The notes beneath the pieces were generated by a model that was not told where the DNA came from, made no database searches, and saw only the letters and a program-made list of their open reading frames with translations. Source: an uncultured Acholeplasmataceae bacterium (GTDB taxonomy: Bacteria > Bacillota_I > Bacilli_A > Acholeplasmatales > Acholeplasmataceae). From it: DNA of 60,132 nucleotides. The position numbers and the translations under genes are program-made. Numbering within the stretch: position 1 is the first letter of the stretch; each line of letters starts with the position of its first letter. The stretch spans positions 1 through 60,132 of the forward strand of contig CAUTNH010000001.1 of NCBI GenBank assembly GCA_963540225.1, given 5' to 3'. Shown piece by piece: positions 28,040-37,398 of the stretch.

Positions 28040-29104
28040 TCAAATCAGATCTTCTTCTTTGTTAGATTTATAATCTCCTCGCATAAGGCAAGGAATATAG
28101 TTATTTTTTATTAGTAAATTTTTAAGATTATCTAAATTTTTACCATCTTCAGTTTTATCTATTTTTTTATTGTCATATAAATTATAGCACTTTGCAATAT
28201 CAGATGGTGTAATATTAGGCATTATCACATTACATCCCGCATTAAGGCCTTTTATTGTTCCCATTAAGTCAGCTGTTGCAAGAGCAGTTGTTGCAGGAAG
28301 TAAAACATTTGGCAAAAGAAGCCTTATTAAAGAAAGTAAATCAACGGTTAAATCAGTCGAACCTTTTTTGTAATCTTTTAACTTAGTATTACTACTCGGA
28401 ATAAAAGGTCCTATCCCAACCATTTCAGGATTTAACTTTTTTAAAAAAATTAAATCGTCTACATAATCTTTTAATTTTAAATTAAAAAGACCAACTATAA
28501 AACCTGCGCCAGTTTGATATTTTAATTTTTTTAAATTATATAAAGACTTAATTCTTTTTTTTGATGATTCGTTATGAAGAATCTTGTAAACTTTTTTATT
28601 TGATGTTTCATGGCGCAGTAAAAATCTATCAACGCCAGCATCTTTTAAATCTTTATAGTATGAATATGACTTTTCACCAATGGACATAGTTAACGCAATA
28701 TTTCCAAAATTAGCCTTTATTTTTTTTACAAGTTCAACCAAAGCATAATCTTCTTTTTTTTCCTCACCAGATTGTAAAACAAAAGATTTATATCCAAGAT
28801 TTATACCAAAAGATATAATATTAAATATCTCGTCATATGATAATTTATATCTTTTAATTTTGGAAAATTTATTTATGCCACAATAAGCACATTCTTTTAT
28901 ACAGTAGTTACCAAATTCAATTAAACCCCTTAAATATATTTTTCTACCATATATCGTATCGCAAATACTCCTTGCTTTATTATGTAAATATTTTCTTAAA
29001 TCATCATCTATGTTTTCTAAAATATAAAGTAGTCCTTTTTTAGAAAGACTATGTTTTTTTTCTAGTTTATCAATTAGTTTAACTACCTTTTCTTTACTAT
29101 TCAT
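28040..29104 (-). CDS. hydE: [FeFe]-hydrogenase maturase HydE (radical SAM)
   Basis: CIKECAYCGIN motif, BioB-like length, and a position adjacent to hydG and hydF. Confidence 0.85.
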   Translation of the reverse strand: MNSKEKVVKLIDKLEKKHSLSKKGLLYILENIDDDLRKYLHNKARSICDTIYGRKIYLRGLIEFGNYCIKECAYCGINKFSKIKRYKLSYDEIFNIISFGINLGYKSFVLQSGEEKKEDYALVELVKKIKANFGNIALTMSIGEKSYSYYKDLKDAGVDRFLLRHETSNKKVYKILHNESSKKRIKSLYNLKKLKYQTGAGFIVGLFNLKLKDYVDDLIFLKKLNPEMVGIGPFIPSSNTKLKDYKKGSTDLTVDLLSLIRLLLPNVLLPATTALATADLMGTIKGLNAGCNVIMPNITPSDIAKCYNLYDNKKIDKTEDGKNLDNLKNLLIKNNYIPCLMRGDYKSNKEEDLI

Positions 29105-29357
29105 TTATAGTTTTTTTAGATATAGCAGTAGTAACTGTAATTCCTTTAATTTGTCCTAGTTTACCTGTTAAGGCATTTATTTCATCCATTGTAGCAAGAC
29201 AGGTAATACTTATTACAGTTATATTATTATCTAATAGTGGTATACCCATTCTTCCACGAACTATTTTTTTATAATCTGAAACGATTTGATTAAACTCACT
29301 TTGGCTTTTTTTAGGATCTTCTAAAATAGCACCTATAACAGCAATTTTTTTATCCAT
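29097..29357 (-). CDS. TM1266-family putative iron-only hydrogenase system regulator
   Basis: 86 aa, MDKKIAVIGAILEDPKKSQSEFNQIVSDYKKIVRGRMGIP.., a small ACT/NikR-C-like protein at the head of the hydEGF genes. Confidence 0.65.
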   Translation of the reverse strand: MDKKIAVIGAILEDPKKSQSEFNQIVSDYKKIVRGRMGIPLLDNNITVISITCLATMDEINALTGKLGQIKGITVTTAISKKTINE

Positions 29358-29480
29358 ATTATCTCTTCTTTCTTATTATATTTTAACATCTTATAATAAA
29401 TTTATTATTCAGAATATATATTTAAATAAAATATAAATTAAAATTCAATATTATTTAATAATCTAGTACATAAAATAAAA

Positions 29481-29497
29481 AATAGGATGAACCTATT
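29481..29497 (-). terminator. terminator after recA
   Basis: AATAGG-loop-CCTATT flanked by A and T runs. It overlaps the recA stop codon. Confidence 0.55.
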
Positions 29498-30482
29498 TTT
29501 TATTTAATATCTCTTTTACTTTTTTATCAATTAAGTCATATGCTTCTTTATTTTTATTTAAATAATCAAGCACACTATTTTTCCCTTGTCCTATTTTTTC
29601 ACCATTTAAAGAATACCAAGAACCAGATTTTTCTATTAAATTATATTCAACCGCTAGATCAACTAATTCATCAATATAAGAAAATCCTTTTCCATAGTAA
29701 ATGATTGTTTCGACTTTTTTAAAAGGTGGGGCAACTTTGTTTTTTACAACAGAAATTTTTACAACATTTCCTATAACATCTTTTTCAAGTTTTATCTGTT
29801 CACCTTTTCTTATATCAAGTCTTATTGACGAATAAAATTTTAATGCTCTTCCACCTGGTGTTGTCTCAGGAGATCCGTACATAACTCCTACTTTTTCCCT
29901 TATTTGATTTATAAAAATAACCACAGTGTTTGCTTTTGAAATAATTCCTGATAGTTTTCTCATTGCCTGACTCATAAGACGCGCTTGCAAGCCTACATGA
30001 TTATCCCCCATCTCACCTGCAATTTCTGCTTCTGGAACAAGTGCTGCAACAGAATCTACTACTAATAAATCAATTGCCTCAGATCTTATTAGAGCCTCAC
30101 TAATTTCTAATGCTTGCTCACCTGTGTCTGGTTGAGATAGTACAAGTTTATCTAAATTAACACCTAGTTTTTTAGCATATGTTGCATCTAGTGCATGCTC
30201 TGCGTCTATAAATGCAACCTCTCCACCTAGTTTTTGAGCCTCTGCTATTGCATGAAGAGCAAGAGTTGTTTTTCCACTTGACTCAGGACCGAAAATTTCA
30301 ATTATTCTCCCCTTAGGATATCCGCCAATTCCTAAGGCATTATCAAGAAGAAGTGAACCTGTCGGAATTATGTCATAATTTTCACAAGTCTTATCTCCAA
30401 GCATCATAACAGAGCCTTTACCATATTGTTTTTCTATTTGAGCAATTGCTTTAAGCAAAGCATCGCTTTTTTTATTTTCCAT
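29493..30482 (-). CDS. recA: recombinase RecA (start re-called to ATG 30482)
   Basis: [12 protein letters not shown] Walker A and a canonical RecA core. The track's MKGDN prefix is the translated SD (AAAGGTGATAAT). Confidence 0.97.
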   Translation of the reverse strand: MENKKSDALLKAIAQIEKQYGKGSVMMLGDKTCENYDIIPTGSLLLDNALGIGGYPKGRIIEIFGPESSGKTTLALHAIAEAQKLGGEVAFIDAEHALDATYAKKLGVNLDKLVLSQPDTGEQALEISEALIRSEAIDLLVVDSVAALVPEAEIAGEMGDNHVGLQARLMSQAMRKLSGIISKANTVVIFINQIREKVGVMYGSPETTPGGRALKFYSSIRLDIRKGEQIKLEKDVIGNVVKISVVKNKVAPPFKKVETIIYYGKGFSYIDELVDLAVEYNLIEKSGSWYSLNGEKIGQGKNSVLDYLNKNKEAYDLIDKKVKEILNKK

Positions 30483-30523
30483 ATTATCACCTTTCATATA
30501 TATAATAGTTTAAAAGATTTTTT

Positions 30524-31189
30524 TTACTCTTTTATATCACTGTCATTTTTTACTTTTAATGATTCTTTTAATATTTTTCTATTTTTTATAACATACTCAA
30601 ATCCTGATACGATAGTTAAAATAACTGCAATCCAAAGAAGAATTATTGATAAATAAAAATCCTTTCCTCCAAGTAAGAATGAAATACTAAATTCTTTAAA
30701 TGCTAAAACTATAATTGAAACCATCGTAAAGGCAGTTTTTATCTTCCCAAGCCATCCTGCTGCAACAACACATCCTTCTTCCATAAAAACAAGCCTAAAA
30801 CCAGTTATTAAAAACTCTCTTAATAAAATTATAATAACTGCAACGATTATCTGTATATAAAGCCTTGATATATTTTCTTTAAATTCTTTATATGTTAGTA
30901 AAATTAAAAAAGCCGATACAACTAAAAGTTTATCTAAAATCGGATCTAAAAACTTTCCAAAAGTTGTCACCTCACTTTTCTTTCTTGCAAAATATCCATC
31001 TAGAAAATCCGAAAAAGAACCAATAATAAATAAAATAATAAATATAAAATGTCCAACGGATATAATATTGCCTTTTATTTTATAAATAGGCATTCCAAGT
31101 GGAAAGTCATAAATTCCTAAAATTCCAAATAATACCATTATAGGAATTATAAAAAAGCGTGAAATTGTTATTTTATTAGCTAAAGTCAA
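30524..31189 (-). CDS. pgsA: CDP-diacylglycerol--glycerol-3-phosphate 3-phosphatidyltransferase
   Basis: DFLDGYFARK...GKFLDPILDKL is the CDP-alcohol phosphatidyltransferase motif. TTG start 7 nt after GGAG. Confidence 0.88.
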   Translation of the reverse strand: MTLANKITISRFFIIPIMVLFGILGIYDFPLGMPIYKIKGNIISVGHFIFIILFIIGSFSDFLDGYFARKKSEVTTFGKFLDPILDKLLVVSAFLILLTYKEFKENISRLYIQIIVAVIIILLREFLITGFRLVFMEEGCVVAAGWLGKIKTAFTMVSIIVLAFKEFSISFLLGGKDFYLSIILLWIAVILTIVSGFEYVIKNRKILKESLKVKNDSDIKE

Positions 31190-31208
31190 TTTAATTCTCC
31201 TTTAAAAT

Positions 31209-31237
31209 TTGATTTTTTTTATTATATTTGGTAAAAT
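31209..31237 (+). promoter_or_regulatory. rpsT promoter
   Basis: TTGATT, a 17-bp spacer ending in TGG, then TAAAAT. GGGAGG SD before ATG 31265. Confidence 0.6.
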
Positions 31238-31264
31238 ATCTAAGTAATATTTTAGGGAGGACAT

Positions 31265-31528
31265 ATGGCAAATATTAAGCAACAAATTAAAAGAAACAAA
31301 ACAAATGAGATAAGACACCAAAGAAATGTTGCCTTCAAGTCAAAAGTTAAAACTTCTATGAAAAAAGTTGAACAAGCAGTTAAAGCAAATGATAAAAAAT
31401 TAGCACTTGAACTTTTAAACTTAGCATATAAAGATTTAGATACAGCAAACTCTAAAGGTCTATATCATAAAAACTTTGTTTCAAGAAATAAATCACGTCT
31501 TGCAAAAGATGTTGCATCTATTAAATAA
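31265..31528 (+). CDS. rpsT: 30S ribosomal protein S20
   Basis: MANIKQQIKRNKTNEIRHQRN.., 87 aa. Confidence 0.95.
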   Translation: MANIKQQIKRNKTNEIRHQRNVAFKSKVKTSMKKVEQAVKANDKKLALELLNLAYKDLDTANSKGLYHKNFVSRNKSRLAKDVASIK

Positions 31529-31531
31529 ATT

Positions 31532-31554
31532 AAGGTATTTGATACCTTTTTTTA
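31532..31554. terminator. terminator between convergent rpsT and the exonuclease gene
   Basis: AAGGTAT-TTG-ATACCTT followed by TTTTTT. Confidence 0.7.
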
Positions 31555-32220
31555 TTTTTTAAGATTATGTATTTCTTGTCCTGCTCCCTTTTGATTTACA
31601 TATTTGACATACGGTATTTTTTCTAAATTGCTTACTGGATATTTAGGATTTTGTCCTAGTATGTTTATATATTTAGAAATACTAAAATTTATATTAAACT
31701 CATCATTCAAGCGCTTGTTTAATGAGCATAATAAATTATATGTTGCATTTGCATCATCTAGTGCTCTGTGCGAATTTATTCCACTTACATCTAGTCTAGT
31801 AATTGCATCTTTTAATTTATGAGGATACGGATAAAAATCTTTATAAATTGCCATAACATCTAAAATAGGGTTTTTTAGTATAAAACTATTATTAAAAGAT
31901 TTAATAAATCTGTCTAAAAATTTAATATCAAATTGCAAATTATAGGCAATTAAAATTAGATCGTCTGAAAATATTTTATAAATTTTATCATATGCATCTT
32001 TTTTACTAATTCCTTTTTTATCTAATATCTCGTCTGTAATATTAGTAAGCTCAACAATCTTACTAGGAATTGGAAAGTTTTGCTTAATTAAAATATTTTC
32101 CTCTTCTAATTTTATAATATCATTATCTTTTTTTTCAAGAAGAATATAGCCAATTTCAATTATTTCATCAACTTTATAATCAAGTCCTGTGGTTTCTAAA
32201 TCAAATACTAAATATTTCAT
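31552..32220 (-). CDS. DnaQ-like 3'-5' exonuclease (DEDDh)
   Basis: YLVFDLETTGLD (ExoI), YNLQFDIKFL (ExoII) and HRALDDA (ExoIII). Confidence 0.8.
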   Translation of the reverse strand: MKYLVFDLETTGLDYKVDEIIEIGYILLEKKDNDIIKLEEENILIKQNFPIPSKIVELTNITDEILDKKGISKKDAYDKIYKIFSDDLILIAYNLQFDIKFLDRFIKSFNNSFILKNPILDVMAIYKDFYPYPHKLKDAITRLDVSGINSHRALDDANATYNLLCSLNKRLNDEFNINFSISKYINILGQNPKYPVSNLEKIPYVKYVNQKGAGQEIHNLKK

Positions 32221-32221
32221 A

Positions 32222-33175
32222 TTAACTCCTTATTAAAAATAACTCTAATGCATAGTTAGGATCAACATATCCTTTTTTTATCATATAATCTATTTTGGCA
32301 AGATATACTATCTTATCTATTAGATAATTTTTATCTGTTTTTTTTATATCATTTAAAAGATAGTAAAGTTGTCCACTACTTATATTAAGATAGCCTGCGA
32401 TATCATCCTTAATTTTTCCTTTTTTTAAAAGTTTAATACAAACTAACAACTGGTATAATCTTTTAAATATAAGATTTAATATCTGAATTGGTTTTACATT
32501 TTTTAAAATAAGATTATTATATACTTTAATTAGGTTTTTCTTATCATTTCCCAAAAGATAATTTGAGATTTTAAAAATATTACTTTCTAAATCAGCCGAT
32601 ACTGCCGATTCTATATCTTGTTTTGAAATTATTTTATCATCTAGTTTAAAAAGTTTTAATTTAAGAGTCTCATTTTCAAATCTTGCATAACTTTTATTAA
32701 CTTTTAAAAATAAATATTCTAAGTCCTCTTTTTTTATATTATAGCCATCTTTTAAAATATTTTTTTCAATACTTTTTAAATAATCATCATCAAGTGGCGC
32801 ACTTAGGTTAGTAATTTTTACATATTTGTAAATTAGTGAGCAAATTTTTGAATAATCCTTTTTAAAAGGTGTATTTAGTTTAATTATAAGACTTATTGGG
32901 CTATCATCTTTTTTAAGATAATTTAAAAATATATCAAGCTCATAATCGCTTACATTTTTTAAATCATATATTCCACTTACAACAACAATCTTATTATCAG
33001 AAAAAAAAGATGGTGTTGAGATTTGCTCGCAAAAAGATGAAAAACTGTTTTCAGAAAAATCATACGAAAACAGATTATAATCAGTTATTTTATTTGTAAG
33101 TTTATTTATTTCCTCTAATACTTTTTTATCAAGTAAAAAAGAATCATCACAGTAAAAGCAGTTTTGATATTTCAT
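32222..33175 (-). CDS. holA: DNA polymerase III delta subunit
   Basis: 317 aa. The position divergent from rpsT matches Firmicutes. The N-terminus ..CFYCDDSFLLDKKVLEEI.. resembles the HolA start. Sequence support is weak. Confidence 0.55.
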   Translation of the reverse strand: MKYQNCFYCDDSFLLDKKVLEEINKLTNKITDYNLFSYDFSENSFSSFCEQISTPSFFSDNKIVVVSGIYDLKNVSDYELDIFLNYLKKDDSPISLIIKLNTPFKKDYSKICSLIYKYVKITNLSAPLDDDYLKSIEKNILKDGYNIKKEDLEYLFLKVNKSYARFENETLKLKLFKLDDKIISKQDIESAVSADLESNIFKISNYLLGNDKKNLIKVYNNLILKNVKPIQILNLIFKRLYQLLVCIKLLKKGKIKDDIAGYLNISSGQLYYLLNDIKKTDKNYLIDKIVYLAKIDYMIKKGYVDPNYALELFLIRS

Positions 33176-33181
33176 ATATCT

Positions 33182-33190
33182 ATTATATCA
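33182..33190 (-). promoter_or_regulatory. extended -10 promoter 6 nt from the holA ATG (leaderless candidate)
   Basis: Minus strand reads TGATATAAT-AGATAT-ATG(33175). There is no SD. Confidence 0.5.
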
Positions 33191-33202
33191 AAAATAAAAT
33201 AA

Positions 33203-33220
33203 AAAGGACAAAAGTCCTTT
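33203..33220 (-). terminator. terminator after the 1390-aa gene
   Basis: AAAGGAC-AAAA-GTCCTTT with T-runs. Confidence 0.65.
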
Positions 33221-33225
33221 TTATT

Positions 33226-36200
33226 TTATTTAACTGCGACGAGTTCTAAATTATCAAATACTGGATCGTTTAATACATCAAATTCAACAGTATTGTCATT
33301 TTTTAAAACCCATTTATTTGTATCATCTGGAAGAAGTGGAGCACCAGTAAGACCACCGTTTGGATCTGTATCTTTACCTTGATAATCGTTTAATGTTCCA
33401 CCACAGTATGCAAATCTTATCTCATATGGTTTTGGTTCTGGATTTGCTAAATCGGATAATCTATAAAGTTTAACTGTATATTTTGCTCTTTTAACAAATA
33501 CATAAGTTACAACCTCATTTTCATCATTTAATAAAACTTTTCTCTTAGGCTTTTCATTTCCAAATGGATTAGTATATTCACTATAACCTTTGCCAAGACC
33601 AAGTTCTGGGAAGACCTCAGTTTCTTTTCCGATTTCTATTTTCTTATATAAAATTTTATAATCAACATTATTTGCCTTAGCCTTTTCAATTATTTCATTA
33701 TCTGATAATGGATCACTACCGTTACTGTAAATAGGATCAATTGTATTATCACCTGGATCAGAGTATATAGTATAAACTTTTAAATTACCACGTTTTTTAA
33801 CAGTTGTAATATTAAATCTAAACTCGTCTGAACCATTTTTATAAATTGAGAAGACAAACTCTGATGGTCTAATTTCTTGGCCTTTATATAAGAATTTATC
33901 AACCTCGTTATTTGCTTCTATTTTTTCATAAAGTTTCTTTAACTCCACTGAGAAAGGATCAGTTCCTGCAGCCAATGTTGAAAATCCTTTTCTATCTGAA
34001 TAAATTCCTGTAACTTCAACTTGTTTTAAAGGATCATTTTCATCAAGAATAAATTTTGCTTTAATTTCTTTTCTTTTTATAGTAAGACGCAAGTTATATT
34101 GTGAACCATCTTCTTTAATTTTATCAGCAGAAATTGTTTGAAGTTTTTCACTATCATCAATTTCATAATCATCACTTAAATTTAAACTATCAAGTGTTTC
34201 TAGTTTATCAACTGAATCATAATCCCAGTTATACTCTTGATTTGCCGGTACAGTGATTGTTGAAAATTTTATTGTACTTCCGCTTTGATCGGTTGTGTCA
34301 AGCTGTTGAGCTGTGTTATCGTCTTCTGAAGTTTTTACATAATATGCATTTATTGTTGCTGTAATATTTCTAAATTTAGCCTCATATACAACCTCAGGAC
34401 GATATTCAGATGAATTTTGTCCATAATTCCAACCAACAATTTTTTGATCTATTTCATCATGTTTAACATCTATTCCATCAACATTCCAAATGCCAGCAAA
34501 TTTATATCCTGCCTTAATTGGTTCACCGATTTCATCTTTGTTAATATATTGACCATAAATATATTCTTTTTCCTTAAATAATGAGCCATCAGAGTTAAAG
34601 ATTGTTTTAACTGTTTTTCTCTTAAAATAAACTATAAAATATCCTTGAACATCATCTTCTGTTGGAGTAGATTTTAACTTGTTATCTGCTGCATCATCCA
34701 TTTCAAAGACATTTGGTCCTAGATTTTGTGGGAAGTTAGTAATCTGAGCTAAATTACGATAATTAGGGAAAATATTATTTATATCTTTTTCCTCACCTAA
34801 CTCGTAGTCTTTCTTATCAGAATAGACTACATTTTCAAATACATTAGCACCATTTGCTTGATTGTTTTCATCATAAAATACTCTTGTTAAAACAAATTTA
34901 CCGTCATTTCTATTTTGCCAGTTAGCAAACATTTCAAATTTAGTGTCGTTAGGATTTTGCTTGATAAGTTCATTAAAAGTATCGTTTTCTTTATAATCAG
35001 TTGAATTATAAAGATATGATTTAAAGAATTTATTTTTTAGACTTGGAATTTGAGAATGTGTTATTTTTTGATTGTAATAAAATTTTTGCTCATGTAAGAA
35101 CTCACTACCTGCTATATAATAGAAGTTTATAACTATTTGTTTAACTTTTGTTGTAAAAATAATCTCATCATTTCCAACTCTTTTAATTTTTAAATTTACA
35201 TCATCAATAGATTTATTAACAAGATATGATGTTTGTTCAGTATTGACCAAATTATCAATAAAATCAAAAGCTCTTTTATAGGTTTCATCAACATCATAAT
35301 ATCTTACATAAACAGATGTCATTCCTCTTGTCTCTTGTAAGTTGTAGTCAAAATAACTATCGTATCTTGTCATTTTGATTGGAACTTTTGAAAATCTAAT
35401 TTCTGCTACATTTCCAAATCTTCCAAAAGTCACATCATCTGCAATTCTTTCATCAGTCTGATTTTTAAAATAACCAATTTCATTTCCAAAATCAGATGGG
35501 AATGCTATATTATAATCTGTTTTGTAACTACTTAACTTATCAACTAAAATATCATCTTCTTTACCACGAAGATTCGGAAGATTATCAAACTTCATCTCAG
35601 AAAATATTTTATTAACCATACTGTCAAGTTCACTTTCTGATATAGTCGGGTTTTCTTTTCTCTTATCTTCTTTAATTTTAATCTTATAATCTAATAAATT
35701 AGAAACAACTACACTAATTGAAACATATCTTCCAGATCTTGGATGAAGCCTAACAATATAATTAGATCTATTTATATCATCTTTTTTATTAACAAATATA
35801 TCAAAACCTGGAATACTTGGTTTATCTGTTGAACCATTTACCTCTAAATTTCCTTCTGTAAGCCATTTATTAGCAAAATATTTATCAGGATCAGAAAATT
35901 GATATTTTTGAGGAAGTTGAAATTGTTGATATTTAGCATCGTTTTCACCGTTGCTATCAACTTCAACTGTTTGGTCAATATATTCATTAGAACCATCATT
36001 TGCAAGCTCTTCTTTGTTCTCGTTTAAGAATTTCAAAATTACTTTTTTTCTTCTAAATCTAGGTTCTATTGTAACATTATAAAGTTTATTTTCTGCTTGA
36101 TCATATCCACCAGGAATTTTTTCTGTTCTAATATTTTCAAAATCGCTTGTAAATACTTCATTTGTTCCAGCAAGAACAAAATCAACTAGCTCATAAAACT

Positions 36201-37398
36201 CTCTTGCCTTTTCAGTATTTGTTGCAACTCTTCTAATTACTTTTTTAGTTTTAGGATCAATTGTTTCTTCAAACTCAGTTGATGGATAAATAAGTTTTTC
36301 TTTTAACTTAGCTAAAAAAGTACTATCTCCTGTGCTTGATATATATTTTGTATAACCACTTGAATATTCTGTCCCAAGAATTGATACTTTAATATTTTTA
36401 CCACCAACTCTAGCATTCGAAGCATATGCTCTTATTTCGTTATTTCTTCCTTGCCAATCATAAAGATCTTTTTTATCTTTAATCTGAGTTGCTCTTGTTG
36501 AATCAAAATACCATTCTTCCATATCTTTTCTTAAAGCATCAGTTAAATCTTGTGTTGAAATTATATTTTTAGATAATATTCTTTGTTTAAATACAGATTC
36601 AAAACCTCTACCTTTTTCAACAAAATCTTTATAATCTGAAAACTTCATATAAGTTGATTGATTTGTTGTCTCATTAGCAGCCTCACTTGCATTAGGAGAA
36701 TAAATTGAGACAATATTTTTAAAATTTATCTCAAGTGGTAAAATTGCATATTTTCTTTCTTTAACAAAGATAACCTTAACTCTATAATCCGTATTAGCCT
36801 CATTAAGACTACGAGAGTTATAAATTGCTTTTAAATCAAGTTCTTTAACATTAGCATAACCTTTACCGCTTTGTTTTAAAAACTGAAACTCAACACTTTG
36901 TTTAGGATTATAATAATATTCATTAAGTGTTGTAAGTTTTTTCTCGAAATCATCAGGCGATAAAACAAGTTTACCATCATTTCTCTTATCTGGTGTTTTT
37001 GCTTTTACACTATTTTTTGTATCAAGTTGCATTTTCTTTAAATCAATGGGAGTAACCTTAGTTAAACCAATATATGCGCCTGCTGATATACCAACCACTA
37101 AAATTGTAATTAAAATAATAACAATAATTGCAAGAATCGAAAACTTCTTAGCTTTTTGTTCTCTGGTTTTTTCCAAAACCATAATATCTTGTCTTTGAGT
37201 CTCATATACAACAAGAGCACCAGCACCATCTTGATTAGATGAAATTGGAGCAATATCAGTAGATAAGTCTTGCTCAAGATTTTTAAAATTTTCAGGATCG
37301 AATTCTTCTGCTATAACTTCTTCATAAACTTCATTTTTATCGTCTATGTCATCGCCTATTCCATTTAGTCCTTGCTCAAACTTTTCTTGCATTTTCAA
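33226..37398 (-). CDS. giant (1390 aa) single-pass membrane-anchored surface protein, function unknown
   Basis: An acidic ~85-aa N-terminus, one TM helix (FSILAIIVIILITILVVGISAGAYIGL), then ~1280 extracellular residues. Several segments resemble Listeria-Bacteroides (Flg_new) repeats, e.g. GEPIKAGYKFAGIWNVDG and ..TKFEMFANW. The start is TTG 37398 or ATG 37392. Confidence 0.8.
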   Translation of the reverse strand: MKMQEKFEQGLNGIGDDIDDKNEVYEEVIAEEFDPENFKNLEQDLSTDIAPISSNQDGAGALVVYETQRQDIMVLEKTREQKAKKFSILAIIVIILITILVVGISAGAYIGLTKVTPIDLKKMQLDTKNSVKAKTPDKRNDGKLVLSPDDFEKKLTTLNEYYYNPKQSVEFQFLKQSGKGYANVKELDLKAIYNSRSLNEANTDYRVKVIFVKERKYAILPLEINFKNIVSIYSPNASEAANETTNQSTYMKFSDYKDFVEKGRGFESVFKQRILSKNIISTQDLTDALRKDMEEWYFDSTRATQIKDKKDLYDWQGRNNEIRAYASNARVGGKNIKVSILGTEYSSGYTKYISSTGDSTFLAKLKEKLIYPSTEFEETIDPKTKKVIRRVATNTEKAREFYELVDFVLAGTNEVFTSDFENIRTEKIPGGYDQAENKLYNVTIEPRFRRKKVILKFLNENKEELANDGSNEYIDQTVEVDSNGENDAKYQQFQLPQKYQFSDPDKYFANKWLTEGNLEVNGSTDKPSIPGFDIFVNKKDDINRSNYIVRLHPRSGRYVSISVVVSNLLDYKIKIKEDKRKENPTISESELDSMVNKIFSEMKFDNLPNLRGKEDDILVDKLSSYKTDYNIAFPSDFGNEIGYFKNQTDERIADDVTFGRFGNVAEIRFSKVPIKMTRYDSYFDYNLQETRGMTSVYVRYYDVDETYKRAFDFIDNLVNTEQTSYLVNKSIDDVNLKIKRVGNDEIIFTTKVKQIVINFYYIAGSEFLHEQKFYYNQKITHSQIPSLKNKFFKSYLYNSTDYKENDTFNELIKQNPNDTKFEMFANWQNRNDGKFVLTRVFYDENNQANGANVFENVVYSDKKDYELGEEKDINNIFPNYRNLAQITNFPQNLGPNVFEMDDAADNKLKSTPTEDDVQGYFIVYFKRKTVKTIFNSDGSLFKEKEYIYGQYINKDEIGEPIKAGYKFAGIWNVDGIDVKHDEIDQKIVGWNYGQNSSEYRPEVVYEAKFRNITATINAYYVKTSEDDNTAQQLDTTDQSGSTIKFSTITVPANQEYNWDYDSVDKLETLDSLNLSDDYEIDDSEKLQTISADKIKEDGSQYNLRLTIKRKEIKAKFILDENDPLKQVEVTGIYSDRKGFSTLAAGTDPFSVELKKLYEKIEANNEVDKFLYKGQEIRPSEFVFSIYKNGSDEFRFNITTVKKRGNLKVYTIYSDPGDNTIDPIYSNGSDPLSDNEIIEKAKANNVDYKILYKKIEIGKETEVFPELGLGKGYSEYTNPFGNEKPKRKVLLNDENEVVTYVFVKRAKYTVKLYRLSDLANPEPKPYEIRFAYCGGTLNDYQGKDTDPNGGLTGAPLLPDDTNKWVLKNDNTVEFDVLNDPVFDNLELVAVK

